64,000 nucleotides of DNA from an uncultured Actinomyces sp. (GCA_963552815.1 CAUVMS010000002.1:20-64019); one strand, 5' to 3'. Positions 1-10,368 are shown, counted from the stretch's first letter. Notes: generated by a model from the letters alone, not told the origin. Numbers and translations: made by a program.

Positions 1-1273
1 CCTCGCGGTCCTGCGCAGCCTGGAGGGCGCTGCGGGCCTGCTCGAGGGCGGCCAGGCTGGCCTCGTGGCGGCTGCGGGCAGAGGCGACGCGCCCGCCGGC
101 ACGGGCGATGGTCTCCCGCCTCTCGGAGAGCCGACGCTGGGCAGCCGAGAGCGCCTGGTCGGCGGCCTTCTCTTCGGTCTCGGCGTCGGAGCGCACCTGG
201 GTGGCGTCACTGAGCGCCGTGCGGGCGGCCTCAACGGCGTCGGCGAGCTCGGCCTCCTCCCGCCCGGCCGCCTCGGCCCGCCGTTCGAGCTCCTCGGGGT
301 CGGTGCCGTGACTCGCAGCGGGGGCGGAGGCCAGGAGCCGGATCCGCTCCCCGGCCACGTCCGCGAGCGCACCGAGGCACTGGGCGACCCCGGTGAGGTC
401 CTCCCAGACACCGCCGGCCCGGGCCAGGCGCTGGGCGGAGGTGGACTCGATGGCGGCCAGCTCGCTCAGGCGCGCCCGGGCGACGCGCTCGGCCTCCTCG
501 ACGGCGCTGCGGCGCCTGGCCAAGGCCTCCTTGTCCTCGTCGCCGGCCTCCAGGAGGGACTGGGCCTGGACGACGTCGTCGGCCAGCAGCCGGGCGGTGG
601 CGTCGCGGACCTCGACCTGGATGGTCCGGGCGCGCCGGGCGATGGCGGCCTGCCGGGCCAGGGGGCCGAGCTGACGGCGCAGCTCCTGAGCGAGGTCGGA
701 GACCCGGGCGAGGTCGGCGGCCATGGACTCGAGCTTGCGCAGGGCGCGCTCCTTGCGCTTGCGGTGCTTGAGGACTCCGGCGGCCTCCTCGATGAATCCG
801 CGGCGGTCGTCGGGGGTGGCGCTCAGGACGGCATCGAGCTGGCCCTGCCCGACGATGACGTGCATCTGGCGACCCAGGCCGGTGTCGCTGAGGAGCTCCT
901 GGACGTCGAGGAGACGGCAGGGGGTGCCGTTGATCTGGTACTCCGAGCCTCCCCCGCGGAAGAGGGTGCGTGAGATGGTGACCTCGGTGTAGTCGATCGG
1001 CAGGGCGCCGTCGGTGTTGTCGATGGTCAGGGAGACCTCGGCTCGCCCGAGGGCCGGGCGGGAGCCGGCGCCGGCGAAGATGACGTCGGCCATGGAGCCA
1101 CCGCGCAGGTTCTTGGCGCCCTGCTCCCCCATGACCCAGGTCAGGGCGTCGACGACGTTCGACTTACCGGACCCGTTGGGGCCGACCACGGCGGTGATCC
1201 CGGGCTCCAGGCGGAGGGTGGTTGACGAGGCGAAGGACTTGAATCCCTTGATCGTCAACGTCTTGAGGTGCAC
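1..1273 (-). CDS. smc: Chromosome segregation protein SMC (5' part; runs off the left edge)
   Basis: Not in the ORF track. Manual minus-strand translation from GTG at 1273 gives [15 protein letters not shown]...[38 protein letters not shown] (SMC head, Walker A), followed by coiled coil. Confidence 0.96.
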   Translation of the reverse strand, partial: MHLKTLTIKGFKSFASSTTLRLEPGITAVVGPNGSGKSNVVDALTWVMGEQGAKNLRGGSMADVIFAGAGSRPALGRAEVSLTIDNTDGALPIDYTEVTISRTLFRGGGSEYQINGTPCRLLDVQELLSDTGLGRQMHVIVGQGQLDAVLSATPDDRRGFIEEAAGVLKHRKRKERALRKLESMAADLARVSDLAQELRRQLGPLARQAAIARRARTIQVEVRDATARLLADDVVQAQSLLEAGDEDKEALARRRSAVEEAERVARARLSELAAIESTSAQRLARAGGVWEDLTGVAQCLGALADVAGERIRLLASAPAASHGTDPEELERRAEAAGREEAELADAVEAARTALSDATQVRSDAETEEKAADQALSAAQRRLSERRETIARAGGRVASARSRHEASLAALEQARSALQAAQDRE

Positions 1274-1328
1274 GGGTGCCACCCTAACAGCGCAGGCAGC
1301 CCCGGCAATGACAGAAACGACAAAGGGA

Positions 1329-1382
1329 CTTGACATCCAGAGTCGAGACAAGCAAACTTTCCATGTCAAGGGAGCTAGACAT
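1329..1382 (+). promoter_or_regulatory. Candidate promoter (TTGACA-17-CAAACT) with an operator palindrome ATGTCAAG-N4-CTAGACAT upstream of the ABC-2 operon
   Basis: TTGACA at 1330-1335; near-perfect inverted repeat at 1363-1382; extra half-site CTTGACAT at 1329-1336. Confidence 0.55.
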
Positions 1383-1437
1383 GCCGTTCGCACGTCTCCC
1401 CCATCCGACTCTCGTCTCCGAGCCCCAAGGAGCCACG

Positions 1438-2397
1438 ATGCTCACGCTATCCAACCTCTCCAAACGCTTCGGGAGCCTCCAGGCCCTCGACAACCTCTCC
1501 CTGTCCCTGGCCGGCGGCGAGATCGTCGGCTTCGTCGGCGCCAACGGAGCCGGCAAGTCCACCACGATGCGCATCGTCATGGGGGTGCTTAGCGCAGACG
1601 CAGGCACCGTGACCTGGAAGGGGTCCCCCGTGGACGCCGCGATCCGGCGCAGCATCGGATACATGCCCGAGGAGCGTGGCCTCTACCCCCGTATGAAGGT
1701 GGTCGACCAGCTCATCTACCTGGCCCGTCTGCACGGGCTGTCGGCCTGCGCCGCCAAGGCGGCCGCGGACCGGTGGACCGAGCGCCTGGGTCTTGAGGAG
1801 CGGCGCGGCGACGAGGTGCAGACCCTGTCCCTGGGTAACCAGCAGCGCGTCCAGCTCGCCGCCGCGCTCGCGAGCGACCCCGAGCTGCTCATCCTCGATG
1901 AGCCCTTCTCCGGCCTGGACCCGGTGGCCGTGGACGTCATGAGCCAGGTCCTCCTGGAGCGGGCGTCCGCGGGCGTGCCCACGCTCTTCTCCTCCCACCA
2001 GCTCGACGTCGTCGAGCGCCTGTGCGACCGGGTGGTCATCATCCGCTCGGGCCGGCTCGTGGCCAACGGGACAATCCCCGAGCTCCAGGCCACTGCGACG
2101 CCCCGCTGGCGGGTCATCGTCGAGCCGCCGCCGGATGCTGCCCCGCTGGAGGCCGGCGCCCTGAGCGGTCTGAACGACCCGGCGGTGCAGATCGACGGTC
2201 AGGGCCGCCTGGTCGTCACCGCCGCGGGCAGCGACGAGCAGGAGCTGCTGCGTGCCGCCCAGCGCCTGGGGACAGTGCGCGAGCTCGGCCCGGTGCGCCA
2301 TCGCCTCACCGACATCTTCCGGGAGGTTCTGACGGCACCGGACTCCCCCGGCCAGACCACGGACCAGACCGACATGGACAAGGAGACGCAGCGATGA
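1438..2397 (+). CDS. ABC-2 type transporter ATP-binding subunit
   Basis: GANGAGKS Walker A, LSLGNQQ signature, [19 protein letters not shown] before ATG 1438. Confidence 0.92.
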   Translation: MLTLSNLSKRFGSLQALDNLSLSLAGGEIVGFVGANGAGKSTTMRIVMGVLSADAGTVTWKGSPVDAAIRRSIGYMPEERGLYPRMKVVDQLIYLARLHGLSACAAKAAADRWTERLGLEERRGDEVQTLSLGNQQRVQLAAALASDPELLILDEPFSGLDPVAVDVMSQVLLERASAGVPTLFSSHQLDVVERLCDRVVIIRSGRLVANGTIPELQATATPRWRVIVEPPPDAAPLEAGALSGLNDPAVQIDGQGRLVVTAAGSDEQELLRAAQRLGTVRELGPVRHRLTDIFREVLTAPDSPGQTTDQTDMDKETQR

Positions 2398-3638
2398 ACG
2401 CCCCAACCAGCCCTATCACCCGTCGTCAGGAGATCGCCCTGGTTACCGGCCGCGAGCTGCGGGCGCACCTGATGAAGAAGTCCACCATCATCCTGACCCT
2501 GGTGCTGCTCGTGGCGGTCATCGGCGGCATCATCGGCATCAGCATCTACACCTCCGGTCAGGACCAGGCCTACCGGCTCGGCCTCAAGGGAGCCCCGGTC
2601 TCGCAGGCCGCCGGGCTGGACAGCGTCGTCGCCTCCAACGGGGAGACGATCGAGGTCGTCGACGTCTCCGGCCGGGAGACGAAGGAGGTGCTGTCCGACG
2701 ACGCCCACGAGGGCACGCCGCACGTGGACATGGTCCTCGACGTCTCCGGCTCCGCCCCCACCATCACCGTGGAGACGTCGGCCGACGACGCGGTGGTCTC
2801 CGGGGTCACGGCCTTCCTCCAGCAGGCGTCCCTGGGACAGCAGATCGCGGCCCTGGGCGGCGACCCGGACCAGGTGGCCTCCCAGCTCAGCGCCGCCAAG
2901 CCGGAGGTCACGGTCCTCGACTCCCCCAAGCGCGACGCCGCCGACTTCGGCCCGCGCTACACGATCCTTATGACGATCGACGTCCTGCTGCTGTTCGCCA
3001 TCATGGGCGGGGGCCAGTTCATCGCCCAGGGCGTGGTGGAGGAGAAGTCCAGCCGGATCGTGGAGATCCTCCTGGCCTGCGTACGGCCCAGCTCGCTGCT
3101 GGCCGGCAAGATCCTGGGGATCGGAATCGCCTCCTTCCTCACCACCGGAACCGTCGCCGTGGCCGGGGTCGTCACCGCGAAGGCAACCGGCGTCATGCCG
3201 GACATCAATCTCAACCTGGACGGCGTGCTGCTGGCGATGCTCATGTGGCTGATCGTGGGGTACGCGATCTTCGCGGTCGCCTTCGGGGCCGCCGCTTCGC
3301 TCGTGAGCCGGCAGGAGGACGTCAGCTCGGTGAGCATGCCCCTGGTCATGCTCTCGATGGTCCCCTACGTCCTGAGCTTCGTCATGGCCACCGGGGACGC
3401 CAACAGCACGTTCTTCCGGGTCCTGTCCTTCCTGCCGCCCTTCGCACCCTTCATGATGCCGGCGCGCCTGGTGCTCGGGGTCTCCTCCTGGACCGAGCAG
3501 GCGATCGCGATGGTGATCGCACTCGTCTTCCTGCCGTTGCTGGTGCGCGCGGCAGCAACGATCTACACCCGGGCCGTCACCCGCACCGGCGCCCGGGTCC
3601 CGCTCAAGGAGGTCCTGGGGCGGACGGAGCGGGCCTGA
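2394..3638 (+). CDS. ABC-2 family permease (NatB/YhaP-like)
   Basis: EEKSSRIVEILL and GKILG motifs, one N-terminal TM segment plus several C-terminal TM segments; ATGA overlap with the ATPase. Confidence 0.9.
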   Translation: MNAPTSPITRRQEIALVTGRELRAHLMKKSTIILTLVLLVAVIGGIIGISIYTSGQDQAYRLGLKGAPVSQAAGLDSVVASNGETIEVVDVSGRETKEVLSDDAHEGTPHVDMVLDVSGSAPTITVETSADDAVVSGVTAFLQQASLGQQIAALGGDPDQVASQLSAAKPEVTVLDSPKRDAADFGPRYTILMTIDVLLLFAIMGGGQFIAQGVVEEKSSRIVEILLACVRPSSLLAGKILGIGIASFLTTGTVAVAGVVTAKATGVMPDINLNLDGVLLAMLMWLIVGYAIFAVAFGAAASLVSRQEDVSSVSMPLVMLSMVPYVLSFVMATGDANSTFFRVLSFLPPFAPFMMPARLVLGVSSWTEQAIAMVIALVFLPLLVRAAATIYTRAVTRTGARVPLKEVLGRTERA

Positions 3639-3657
3639 CCGCGCCCCTCTCCAGCGA

Positions 3658-3693
3658 CGACGGTGCGCCTCCCCGCGGGGAGGCGCACCGTCG
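3658..3693. terminator. Perfect 36-bp palindrome between convergent genes (probable bidirectional terminator)
   Basis: cgacggtgcgcctccccg|cggggaggcgcaccgtcg. Confidence 0.75.
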
Positions 3694-3738
3694 CGAGTCT
3701 GGGCTCGGTGCCGAGCAGGCGCCGGGGTCAGCCCGGGC

Positions 3739-4179
3739 TCAGTCGGCCAGCTCGGGGAACCAGATGGCGATCTCGCGGGCCGCGGACTCATCGCTGTCCG
3801 AGCCGTGGACGAGGTTGAGGATGGCGGGGGTGCCCCAGTCGCGGCCCAGGTCGCCGCGGATGGTGCCGGGGGCGGCCGTGGTGGGGTCGGTGGGCCCCAT
3901 GAGGCTGCGCACGCCCTCGACGACGCGCTGCCCCTCGGCGACCGCGGCCACGACGTTGCCGGAGGTCATATACTCCACGACGCCGGGGTAGAAGGGCTTG
4001 TCCACGTGCTCGGCATAGTGCGCGGCGAGGATCTCCTCGGTGGGGGCAAGCACCTTCAGAGCCGTCAAGGTGTACCCCTTGGCCTCGATGCGGCGCAGGA
4101 TCTCGCCGGTCAGGCGGCGCTCGACGGCGTCGGGCTTGATGAGGATGAGGATACGGCCGGTCTGGGGTGTGCTGGCCAT
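3739..4179 (-). CDS. ndk: Nucleoside diphosphate kinase
   Basis: IKPDAV, PGTIRGD and NLVHGSDS motifs; AAGGAG RBS before ATG 4179. Confidence 0.97.
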   Translation of the reverse strand: MASTPQTGRILILIKPDAVERRLTGEILRRIEAKGYTLTALKVLAPTEEILAAHYAEHVDKPFYPGVVEYMTSGNVVAAVAEGQRVVEGVRSLMGPTDPTTAAPGTIRGDLGRDWGTPAILNLVHGSDSDESAAREIAIWFPELAD

Positions 4180-4263
4180 GGGGGCTCCTTGCTGGGTTGG
4201 CGGGTGAGGGACCGTACGGACCATAACGGGTTCTGGCCCCTCATAGCCATGGGAGAGCCGGGA

Positions 4264-4944
4264 TCAGGCCTGCTCGACCGCCAGGATCGGGTCCGAGGAG
4301 CGGTCGCGGGCGGCGTCGGTGGCGGCCTGGAGGATGAGCGCGGAGGACTGGGCACCGGGGTCGCGGTGCCCGCAGGAGCGAGCCCCCAGGAAGGAGGCCC
4401 GGCCACGGCGGGCCTGGAGCGGCTCAGTGTCCAGGGCACCCTTGGCGGCGGCCCGGGCGGCCGCGGCGAGGACTCCGTTCTCATCCTGCCCGCTCTCCGC
4501 CGCCTCCTTGGCGGCCACCGCTGCGGGCCTCCAGGCGTCAATCATGGTCTTGTCCCCGCTGGTGGCGTGCCCCCTGGCCTCCAGGCCGGAGGTGGCCTCC
4601 TCCAGAGCGCGGACCAGCTCCTGGGTCCCCCAGGCGGAGGCGTCGCTGGAGCGGGCGGCCCTGAGGAAGGCGGTGCCCAGCAGCGGGCCTCCAGCACCGC
4701 CGACGGTGGCCATGAGGGTGGTGGCGACGACCTTGAGGACTCCTCCCGGAGTTGCCGGGAGGTTCACAGCCTCCTGGGCGGCATCGAGCTTGGCGACCAC
4801 GGCCCTCATGCCACGATCCAGGTTGTCCCCGTGGTCGGCATCCCCGATGGCTCGGTCCAGCTCGGTCAGCTCGACGCGGTTCTCAGCGATCAGTAGAGCG
4901 ATGCAACGGGTCCAGTCGAGGGCCCAGGCAGCATCCAAAGACAT
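4264..4944 (-). CDS. dhaL: Dihydroxyacetone kinase ADP-binding subunit L
   Basis: LDRAIGDADHGDN, GDKTMIDAW, GRASFLG and DPGA motifs (Dak2 domain). Confidence 0.93.
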   Translation of the reverse strand: MSLDAAWALDWTRCIALLIAENRVELTELDRAIGDADHGDNLDRGMRAVVAKLDAAQEAVNLPATPGGVLKVVATTLMATVGGAGGPLLGTAFLRAARSSDASAWGTQELVRALEEATSGLEARGHATSGDKTMIDAWRPAAVAAKEAAESGQDENGVLAAAARAAAKGALDTEPLQARRGRASFLGARSCGHRDPGAQSSALILQAATDAARDRSSDPILAVEQA

Positions 4945-5243
4945 GGTGTTTCCTTCTCGGATCTTGGCAGGTGTTGGTTCCAGGCCTGACCGCCATGCAC
5001 CTGAGGGTGAAGGACGACCATGTGGCTTTGATCGGGCCCCGCGCGGACCCGGCGGGTCCCTGCGCGTCCCGGGAACGTCCGTGGGACGCGCCGGAGCAAA
5101 CCGACGAGGTGCTCACCGCCCACTCGCCTTTCCATCCTCTCACGCACCTTGGCGCCTCGCTCGTTGACACGGCCACAGGGCCTCCAAGCAGCGCAAAACG
5201 GACGCACCGCCACAGATGGCACGACGATGATGAACGACATGAT

Positions 5244-5259
5244 ACTTGTATGCACAAGC
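5244..5259. promoter_or_regulatory. Candidate TreR operator upstream of treR
   Basis: ACTTGT-atgc-ACAAGC, matching the two boxes upstream of treC. Confidence 0.75.
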
Positions 5260-5309
5260 CCTGGTGGGCGCCCGCCCGCCACCCCGAGAGCCGAGGAAGG
5301 AGCTTTCCC

Positions 5310-6041
5310 GTGGCCCAGGCCAAGTACGACCAGATCTTCCAGACCCTGCGTGAACGCATCGACTCGGGCACCTATGACTTCCTTGATCTGCTCCCCTCGG
5401 AGAACGCCCTGGCCGAGGAGTTCGGCTGCACCCGCAACACGGTGCGCAAGGCGCTGGCGCTGCTCGTGGCCCAGGGGTACGTCCAGACCATGCAGGGCCG
5501 CGGCGTCCAGGTGATCTGCCGGCCGCGAACGACCTCCACCTTTCTCGTCGGGGGGATCGAGTCGCTCCAGGAGGCCGCCAAGCGCAACCGAGTTCTGCTG
5601 AGCACCCACATGATCTCCCTGGAGAAGGGGGTGGTCGACGCCGAGACGGCAGAGGCATCCGGGATGGCCGAGGGGGCCGAGATCATCATGGTCAAGCGGC
5701 TGCGCCTGCTGGACAACGTCCCCCTCATCGTGGACACCAGCTACTTCCTGACCTCGGTGGTTCCTCACCTGACCCGGCAGATCGTCGAGTCCTCGGTCTA
5801 CGCCCACCTGGAGGAGGTCCTGGGGGTACGGGTGGCCAGCGCGACCCGGCGGATCACGGTGGAGCGGGCCACCGCCGAGGACCGCCGGCTCATCCATCTG
5901 GGGGGAATGGACTGCGTCGTCGTGGTCTCGTCAACGACCTTCGACTCGGCGGGAGTGCTCTTCGAGTTCACGTGCTCGCGTCACTCGCCAGTCGACTTCG
6001 CCTTCCAGGACACCGCCCACCGACTTCCCGCAGAGCGCTGA
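5310..6041 (+). CDS. treR: Trehalose operon repressor (GntR HTH + UTRA)
   Basis: KYDQIF...LPSENALAEEFG.TRNTVRKAL HTH plus UTRA domain; adjacent to trehalose PTS and treC; AAGGAG RBS before GTG 5310. Confidence 0.88.
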   Translation: MAQAKYDQIFQTLRERIDSGTYDFLDLLPSENALAEEFGCTRNTVRKALALLVAQGYVQTMQGRGVQVICRPRTTSTFLVGGIESLQEAAKRNRVLLSTHMISLEKGVVDAETAEASGMAEGAEIIMVKRLRLLDNVPLIVDTSYFLTSVVPHLTRQIVESSVYAHLEEVLGVRVASATRRITVERATAEDRRLIHLGGMDCVVVVSSTTFDSAGVLFEFTCSRHSPVDFAFQDTAHRLPAER

Positions 6042-6092
6042 GTCAGCTCCCGGAGCCAAGGAGGGCACGAAGGACAGGCGCCCACAGAAAGG

Positions 6093-6136
6093 GCCGGTGG
6101 CCCGACAGCGTCCTGGGATGCTGTCGGGCCACCGGC
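6093..6136. terminator. Long hairpin between convergent treR and PTS genes
   Basis: gccggtggcccgacagcgtcc-tg-ggatgctgtcgggccaccggc. Confidence 0.8.
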
Positions 6137-6195
6137 TTGCTGACTCAAGGTGGGACGGGCCCATTGAGCACGCTCACCCGGGCGGTGCTGCTCGG

Positions 6196-8259
6196 CTACT
6201 TGGCAACGGGCTCGCGGTTGCCGAGGCGGACCTTCTTGACCGTGCGCTCCTTGTCGAAGTCGGCTTGCTTGAAGCCGAAGAAGTAGGTGCACAGGAAGGA
6301 GACCACGAGGGCCGCGACGCCGGCGATCCAGAAGCCGGTGAAGGAGGAGTCCATGCCCTTGGGGTTGACGAAGGAGGGGAAGCCGACAAAGGCCCCGGTG
6401 AAGCCCCACATGTTGACGTTGAGCAGTCCGGTGAGCAGCCCGCCGACGGCGCCACCGATCGAGGCGGTGATGAAGATGCGGCCGTACTTGAGGTTGAGAC
6501 CGTACATGGCCGGCTCGGTCACGCCGCAGAAGGCGGAGATGGTGGCCGGCGCGGCCATCCGCTTGATGCGGGCGTCGCGCACCTTGAGCCAGACCGCCAG
6601 GGCGCCGCCTCCCTGGGCGATCATGGTGGCCGACACGATGGCGTTGAGATGGGAGTAGCCGGGGCTGGCGAGCTCGGAGGAGATGATCGGGATGACGGCC
6701 CAGTGCAGGCCGAAGATGACCAGGCACTGGTAGAAGCCGCCGATGAGCAGGCCGGCGAGCGTGTAGTTGAAGCCCAGGACCGCGTTGATGACGGAGGCGA
6801 TACCACCGGAGATAAGCATGACGACGGGCCCGAAGACCAGCAGGATGAGGGCGGAGACCACGAAGATCTCGATGAGCGGCCCGAAGATCGGGCGGATGAC
6901 TGCGGGCAGGGCCTTCTTGAGCCAGGGCTCGATCTTGGAGGCGAGCCAGGCCGCCACGATGATGGGGAAGATCGAGTAGGCGTAAGCGTTGCCGGCCGGC
7001 AGGGAGACCGGGATGCCGAAGAAGTCGGAGTTGAAGACGGTGCGTCCCACGGTGATGACGTCGTCGGTGTTCTTGGACATGTCCACCACGGAGGGGTAGC
7101 AGAGTACGCCGCCGATGATGGCCACGACGATGGGGTCGGCACCCAGGCGCTTGGCGGCGGTGAAGCCGACGATGATCGGCAGGAAGAAGAACATCGACGA
7201 GCTCATGGCGTCGATGAAGTGGAAGGTGTTGGAGGCCTCGGTGACGACCTTGAACTGGACGAGCAGCGCCAGGAGGCCCTTGAGGATCCCGGAGGCCGCC
7301 AGCATGCCGACCACGGGGATCATCGATCCGGTGATGACGCCGATGAGGGAGGAGAAGCCGAGCTTGACCCAGCCCCACAGGGTGGTGGGCCGCTCGACGA
7401 GCTCGACGTCGGTGGCCTGCTCGCCTCCGCCTGCGTTCGGCAGCCGGGTGACGACGGCGTCGTAGACGTCGACGACGTCGGGGCCGATGACGACCTGGTA
7501 CTGGCCTCCGGCCTTGGCCACGTCGATGACGCCCTCGAGGTCGGCGACGGCCTCGTCGTCGGCCAGGGACTCGTCCTTGAGGTAGAAGCGCACGCGGGTG
7601 ATGCAGTGCAGGACGGAGCGGACGTTGTCGGGGCCGCCGATGCCGGCGATGATGTCGGCGGCGGTGGCCTCGAAGCCGGTCAGGCCGTCGGTGCGCTCAC
7701 CGTCGACGTCAGGACCGCTGCCACCGGCCTCAACCTCGGTGCTTGCGGAGCCGGCGGCTCCGGCTGCGCCGTCGCCCTCACCCTTGAGCGTGGCGGTGGC
7801 GACGGTGGCGCCCGCGTCCGTTCTCCCGGTGGTGACGGCCAGGTCAGCCACGTGGGTGATCGTGTTGGTCAGGACCACGATGGCGGTGGTGGCCTTGCCC
7901 GCGGCGTGGACGGCCTCGAGGTCCATGGTGCCCAGGAGCTGCCCGGCCTTGACGGTGTCTCCGACCGTGACGCTCAGGTCGAAGGGGGCGCCCTCGAGCT
8001 CGACGGTGTCGACGCCCAGGTGCAGGAGGACCTCCAGACCGGACTGGCTCTTGAAGCCGATGGCGTGGCCGGTTCCGGCCACCATGGTGACGGTGGCGTC
8101 CACCGGGGAGACGATCGCGCCGTCGTCGGGCTCGACACCGAGCCCGTCCCCCACGGCCTTGGAGGAGAAGACGGGGTCGGGGACGTCGGCGAGATTGATG
8201 ACTGTCCCCGTCACCGGGGAGACGATGGGGACCTCGGGGCCCTTGTCTGGTTCGGACAT
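6196..8259 (-). CDS. PTS transporter of the glucose/sucrose family, EIIA-EIIB-EIIC order, probably trehalose-specific
   Basis: EIIA (DPVFS, GHAIG, LLHLGVDT), EIIB (HCITRVRF), EIIC (FGLHW, GVTEPAMYG); co-oriented downstream of treC. Confidence 0.88.
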   Translation of the reverse strand: MSEPDKGPEVPIVSPVTGTVINLADVPDPVFSSKAVGDGLGVEPDDGAIVSPVDATVTMVAGTGHAIGFKSQSGLEVLLHLGVDTVELEGAPFDLSVTVGDTVKAGQLLGTMDLEAVHAAGKATTAIVVLTNTITHVADLAVTTGRTDAGATVATATLKGEGDGAAGAAGSASTEVEAGGSGPDVDGERTDGLTGFEATAADIIAGIGGPDNVRSVLHCITRVRFYLKDESLADDEAVADLEGVIDVAKAGGQYQVVIGPDVVDVYDAVVTRLPNAGGGEQATDVELVERPTTLWGWVKLGFSSLIGVITGSMIPVVGMLAASGILKGLLALLVQFKVVTEASNTFHFIDAMSSSMFFFLPIIVGFTAAKRLGADPIVVAIIGGVLCYPSVVDMSKNTDDVITVGRTVFNSDFFGIPVSLPAGNAYAYSIFPIIVAAWLASKIEPWLKKALPAVIRPIFGPLIEIFVVSALILLVFGPVVMLISGGIASVINAVLGFNYTLAGLLIGGFYQCLVIFGLHWAVIPIISSELASPGYSHLNAIVSATMIAQGGGALAVWLKVRDARIKRMAAPATISAFCGVTEPAMYGLNLKYGRIFITASIGGAVGGLLTGLLNVNMWGFTGAFVGFPSFVNPKGMDSSFTGFWIAGVAALVVSFLCTYFFGFKQADFDKERTVKKVRLGNREPVAK

Positions 8260-8382
8260 GGAGGGTTCCTTTCGGAGCGCGGGTGGGTGCAGCGGTGTCG
8301 GGGAGGGCGGCTCGACAGCCCTCCGGGGTGAACGGGGCGGACAGAAGTGGCGGACAGGAAGGGGAAGCGGGCTGCTGCCGAC

Positions 8383-10071
8383 TCAGACGAGCAGGGCGAT
8401 GGCCTCGTAGGGGCGCAGGCGGATCACACCCGCCTCGAGGCGGCCGGCGACGGCGGGCAGCTCGTCGCTGCTGCGGGTGCGGTCGTTACCGTCGTAGTTG
8501 CCGATGAGGATGCGGGCGGCGGCGAAGGCCTGCGGGACATCCACCTCGGTGCCGTAGCCGCGGAAGCTGCACAGGATCAGCAGGAGGCCGCCCTCGTGCT
8601 CGCGGGTGTAGGCCAGGACGTCCTCGTGCTCCATGAGGTAGGGGGCGTAGGTGCCGCAGGAGATGATGGGCAGCTCCTTGCGCAGTGCGATGAGGCGCCG
8701 GTAGTAGGGCAGGATCCGCCCCTGGCTCTCCTCAATCTCGACGTTGACGACCTGCTGGTTGGTGGGCCTCAGCCAGGGCGTCCCGGTGGTGAATCCGGCA
8801 CCGGGGATCTCGGCGTTCCACTGCATGGGGGTGCGGGCGTTGTCGCGGGCCTTGGAGTGGACGACGGCGAAGGCCTCCTGGGCGTCCATGCCGCCGGCCG
8901 TCAGCTCGTGGTAGGCGTTGCGGGCCTCGACGTCCACGTAGTCCTCGATGGACAGGTAGGCGGGGTCGGTCATGCCGATCTCCTCACCCATGTAGACGTA
9001 TGGCGTGCCGCGCAGCAGGTGGACGACGGTGGCGAGCATGGTGGCGGACTCGGCGTGGTAGCGCTCAGGGTCAGCGAAGCGGTTGATGGCGCGGGGCTGG
9101 TCGTGATTGTTCCAGAACAGGGCGTTCCAGCCGCCGCCGGCCTGCATGCCCAGGGCCCACTCGTTGAGGATGCGCTTGAGGGCGGCGAAGTCGTAGGGGA
9201 CGCGGGTCCACTTGGCGCCGTCGGCATAGTCGACCTTGAGGTGGTGGAAGCTGAAGACCATGCTCAGCTCGCCGTTGGCCGGGTTGGAGTAACCGACACA
9301 GGCCTCGACGGTGGTTGAGGACATCTCGCCGACCGTCATCGCCTCCGGGTCCTGGCCGAAGCTGGCCGCGGAGAGCTCACGCAGGTAGTCGTGGACGAGG
9401 GGGCCGTCGGTGTACATGCGGCGGTCGTCTGTGCCGGCGGGCGCGTCCTGGAGGGGAATGGGCTTTCCGATGACGTTGATGACGTCGAAGCGGAAGTCCT
9501 TGACGCCCTTGGCCCGCCAGAAGTTGACGACCCCCGCGGCCTCGGCGCGCACGGCCGGGTTGTGCCAGTTGAGGTCGGCCTGGGTGCGGTCGTAGAGGCA
9601 CAGGTAGTACAGGCCGGTCTCCCCGAAGGGCGCCCAGGCGGGGCCGCCGAACTTGGAGACCCAGTTGGTGGGCAACGATCCATCCTCCTTGGGAGGCAGC
9701 AGGTAGAAGTAGTCCTGGTAGACGGGGTCACCGGCCAGGGCCCGCTGGAACCACTCGTGATCGGTGGAGACGTGGTTGAGAACCATGTCCAGCATGACGC
9801 CGACGCCGTGCTCGCCCAGGGCGGCGACGAGCTCCTCGAAGTCCTCCATGGTTCCCATGGCCGGGTCGATGGCGCAGTAGTCGGAGATGTCGTAGCCGTT
9901 GTCCCGGCCCGGCGAGGGGAAGAAGGGATTGAACCAGACGTGGTCCACCCCCAGGGAGGCGATGTAGTCGACCTTCTCGATGATGCCGCGCAGATCACCC
10001 ACGCCGTCACCAGTGGAGTCACGGAAGGACTTGGGATAGATCTGGTAGACGACACTGTCCGTCAATGACAT
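8383..10071 (-). CDS. treC: Alpha,alpha-phosphotrehalase (GH13)
   Basis: VYQIYPKSF, DNGYD, FRFDVINVI, FHHLKVDY, NHDQPR and ARDNARTPMQW motifs; AGGAG RBS before ATG 10071. Confidence 0.92.
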   Translation of the reverse strand: MSLTDSVVYQIYPKSFRDSTGDGVGDLRGIIEKVDYIASLGVDHVWFNPFFPSPGRDNGYDISDYCAIDPAMGTMEDFEELVAALGEHGVGVMLDMVLNHVSTDHEWFQRALAGDPVYQDYFYLLPPKEDGSLPTNWVSKFGGPAWAPFGETGLYYLCLYDRTQADLNWHNPAVRAEAAGVVNFWRAKGVKDFRFDVINVIGKPIPLQDAPAGTDDRRMYTDGPLVHDYLRELSAASFGQDPEAMTVGEMSSTTVEACVGYSNPANGELSMVFSFHHLKVDYADGAKWTRVPYDFAALKRILNEWALGMQAGGGWNALFWNNHDQPRAINRFADPERYHAESATMLATVVHLLRGTPYVYMGEEIGMTDPAYLSIEDYVDVEARNAYHELTAGGMDAQEAFAVVHSKARDNARTPMQWNAEIPGAGFTTGTPWLRPTNQQVVNVEIEESQGRILPYYRRLIALRKELPIISCGTYAPYLMEHEDVLAYTREHEGGLLLILCSFRGYGTEVDVPQAFAAARILIGNYDGNDRTRSSDELPAVAGRLEAGVIRLRPYEAIALLV

Positions 10072-10122
10072 GTGAGAGCTCCTGAGGGAGACGGGATGGA
10101 GATCGGAGGAACCACCTCCGAA

Positions 10123-10162
10123 CAACTTGTGCACACAAGTATGCACTTGTGTGCACAAGTTG
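10123..10162. promoter_or_regulatory. Tandem TreR operators upstream of treC
   Basis: caACTTGTgcacACAAGT-atgc-ACTTGTgtgcACAAGTtg: two palindromic boxes that together form an 18-bp perfect inverted repeat. Confidence 0.85.
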
Positions 10163-10228
10163 ACCACCCCTCCTTCTGTGCTCCCTGTCACAGCAAACTC
10201 GAACGTTTGACCTCGGTGCGCAAAACAG

Positions 10229-10273
10229 GTCCGGGAGGCTCAGGCAAGACGGGCTTGCCTGAGCCTCCCGGAC
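10229..10273 (-). terminator. Intrinsic terminator downstream of folC
   Basis: 20-bp perfect stem, 5-nt loop, followed by ctgttttg on the minus strand. Confidence 0.85.
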
Positions 10274-10368
10274 TGGCGAGGCATGTGGATCGGCGACGAT
10301 CAGCGGCGATCAGCGGCGACGGTACGACCGCTCAGGAACCATCGAAAACTACCCCCGCAGACAGGGCG

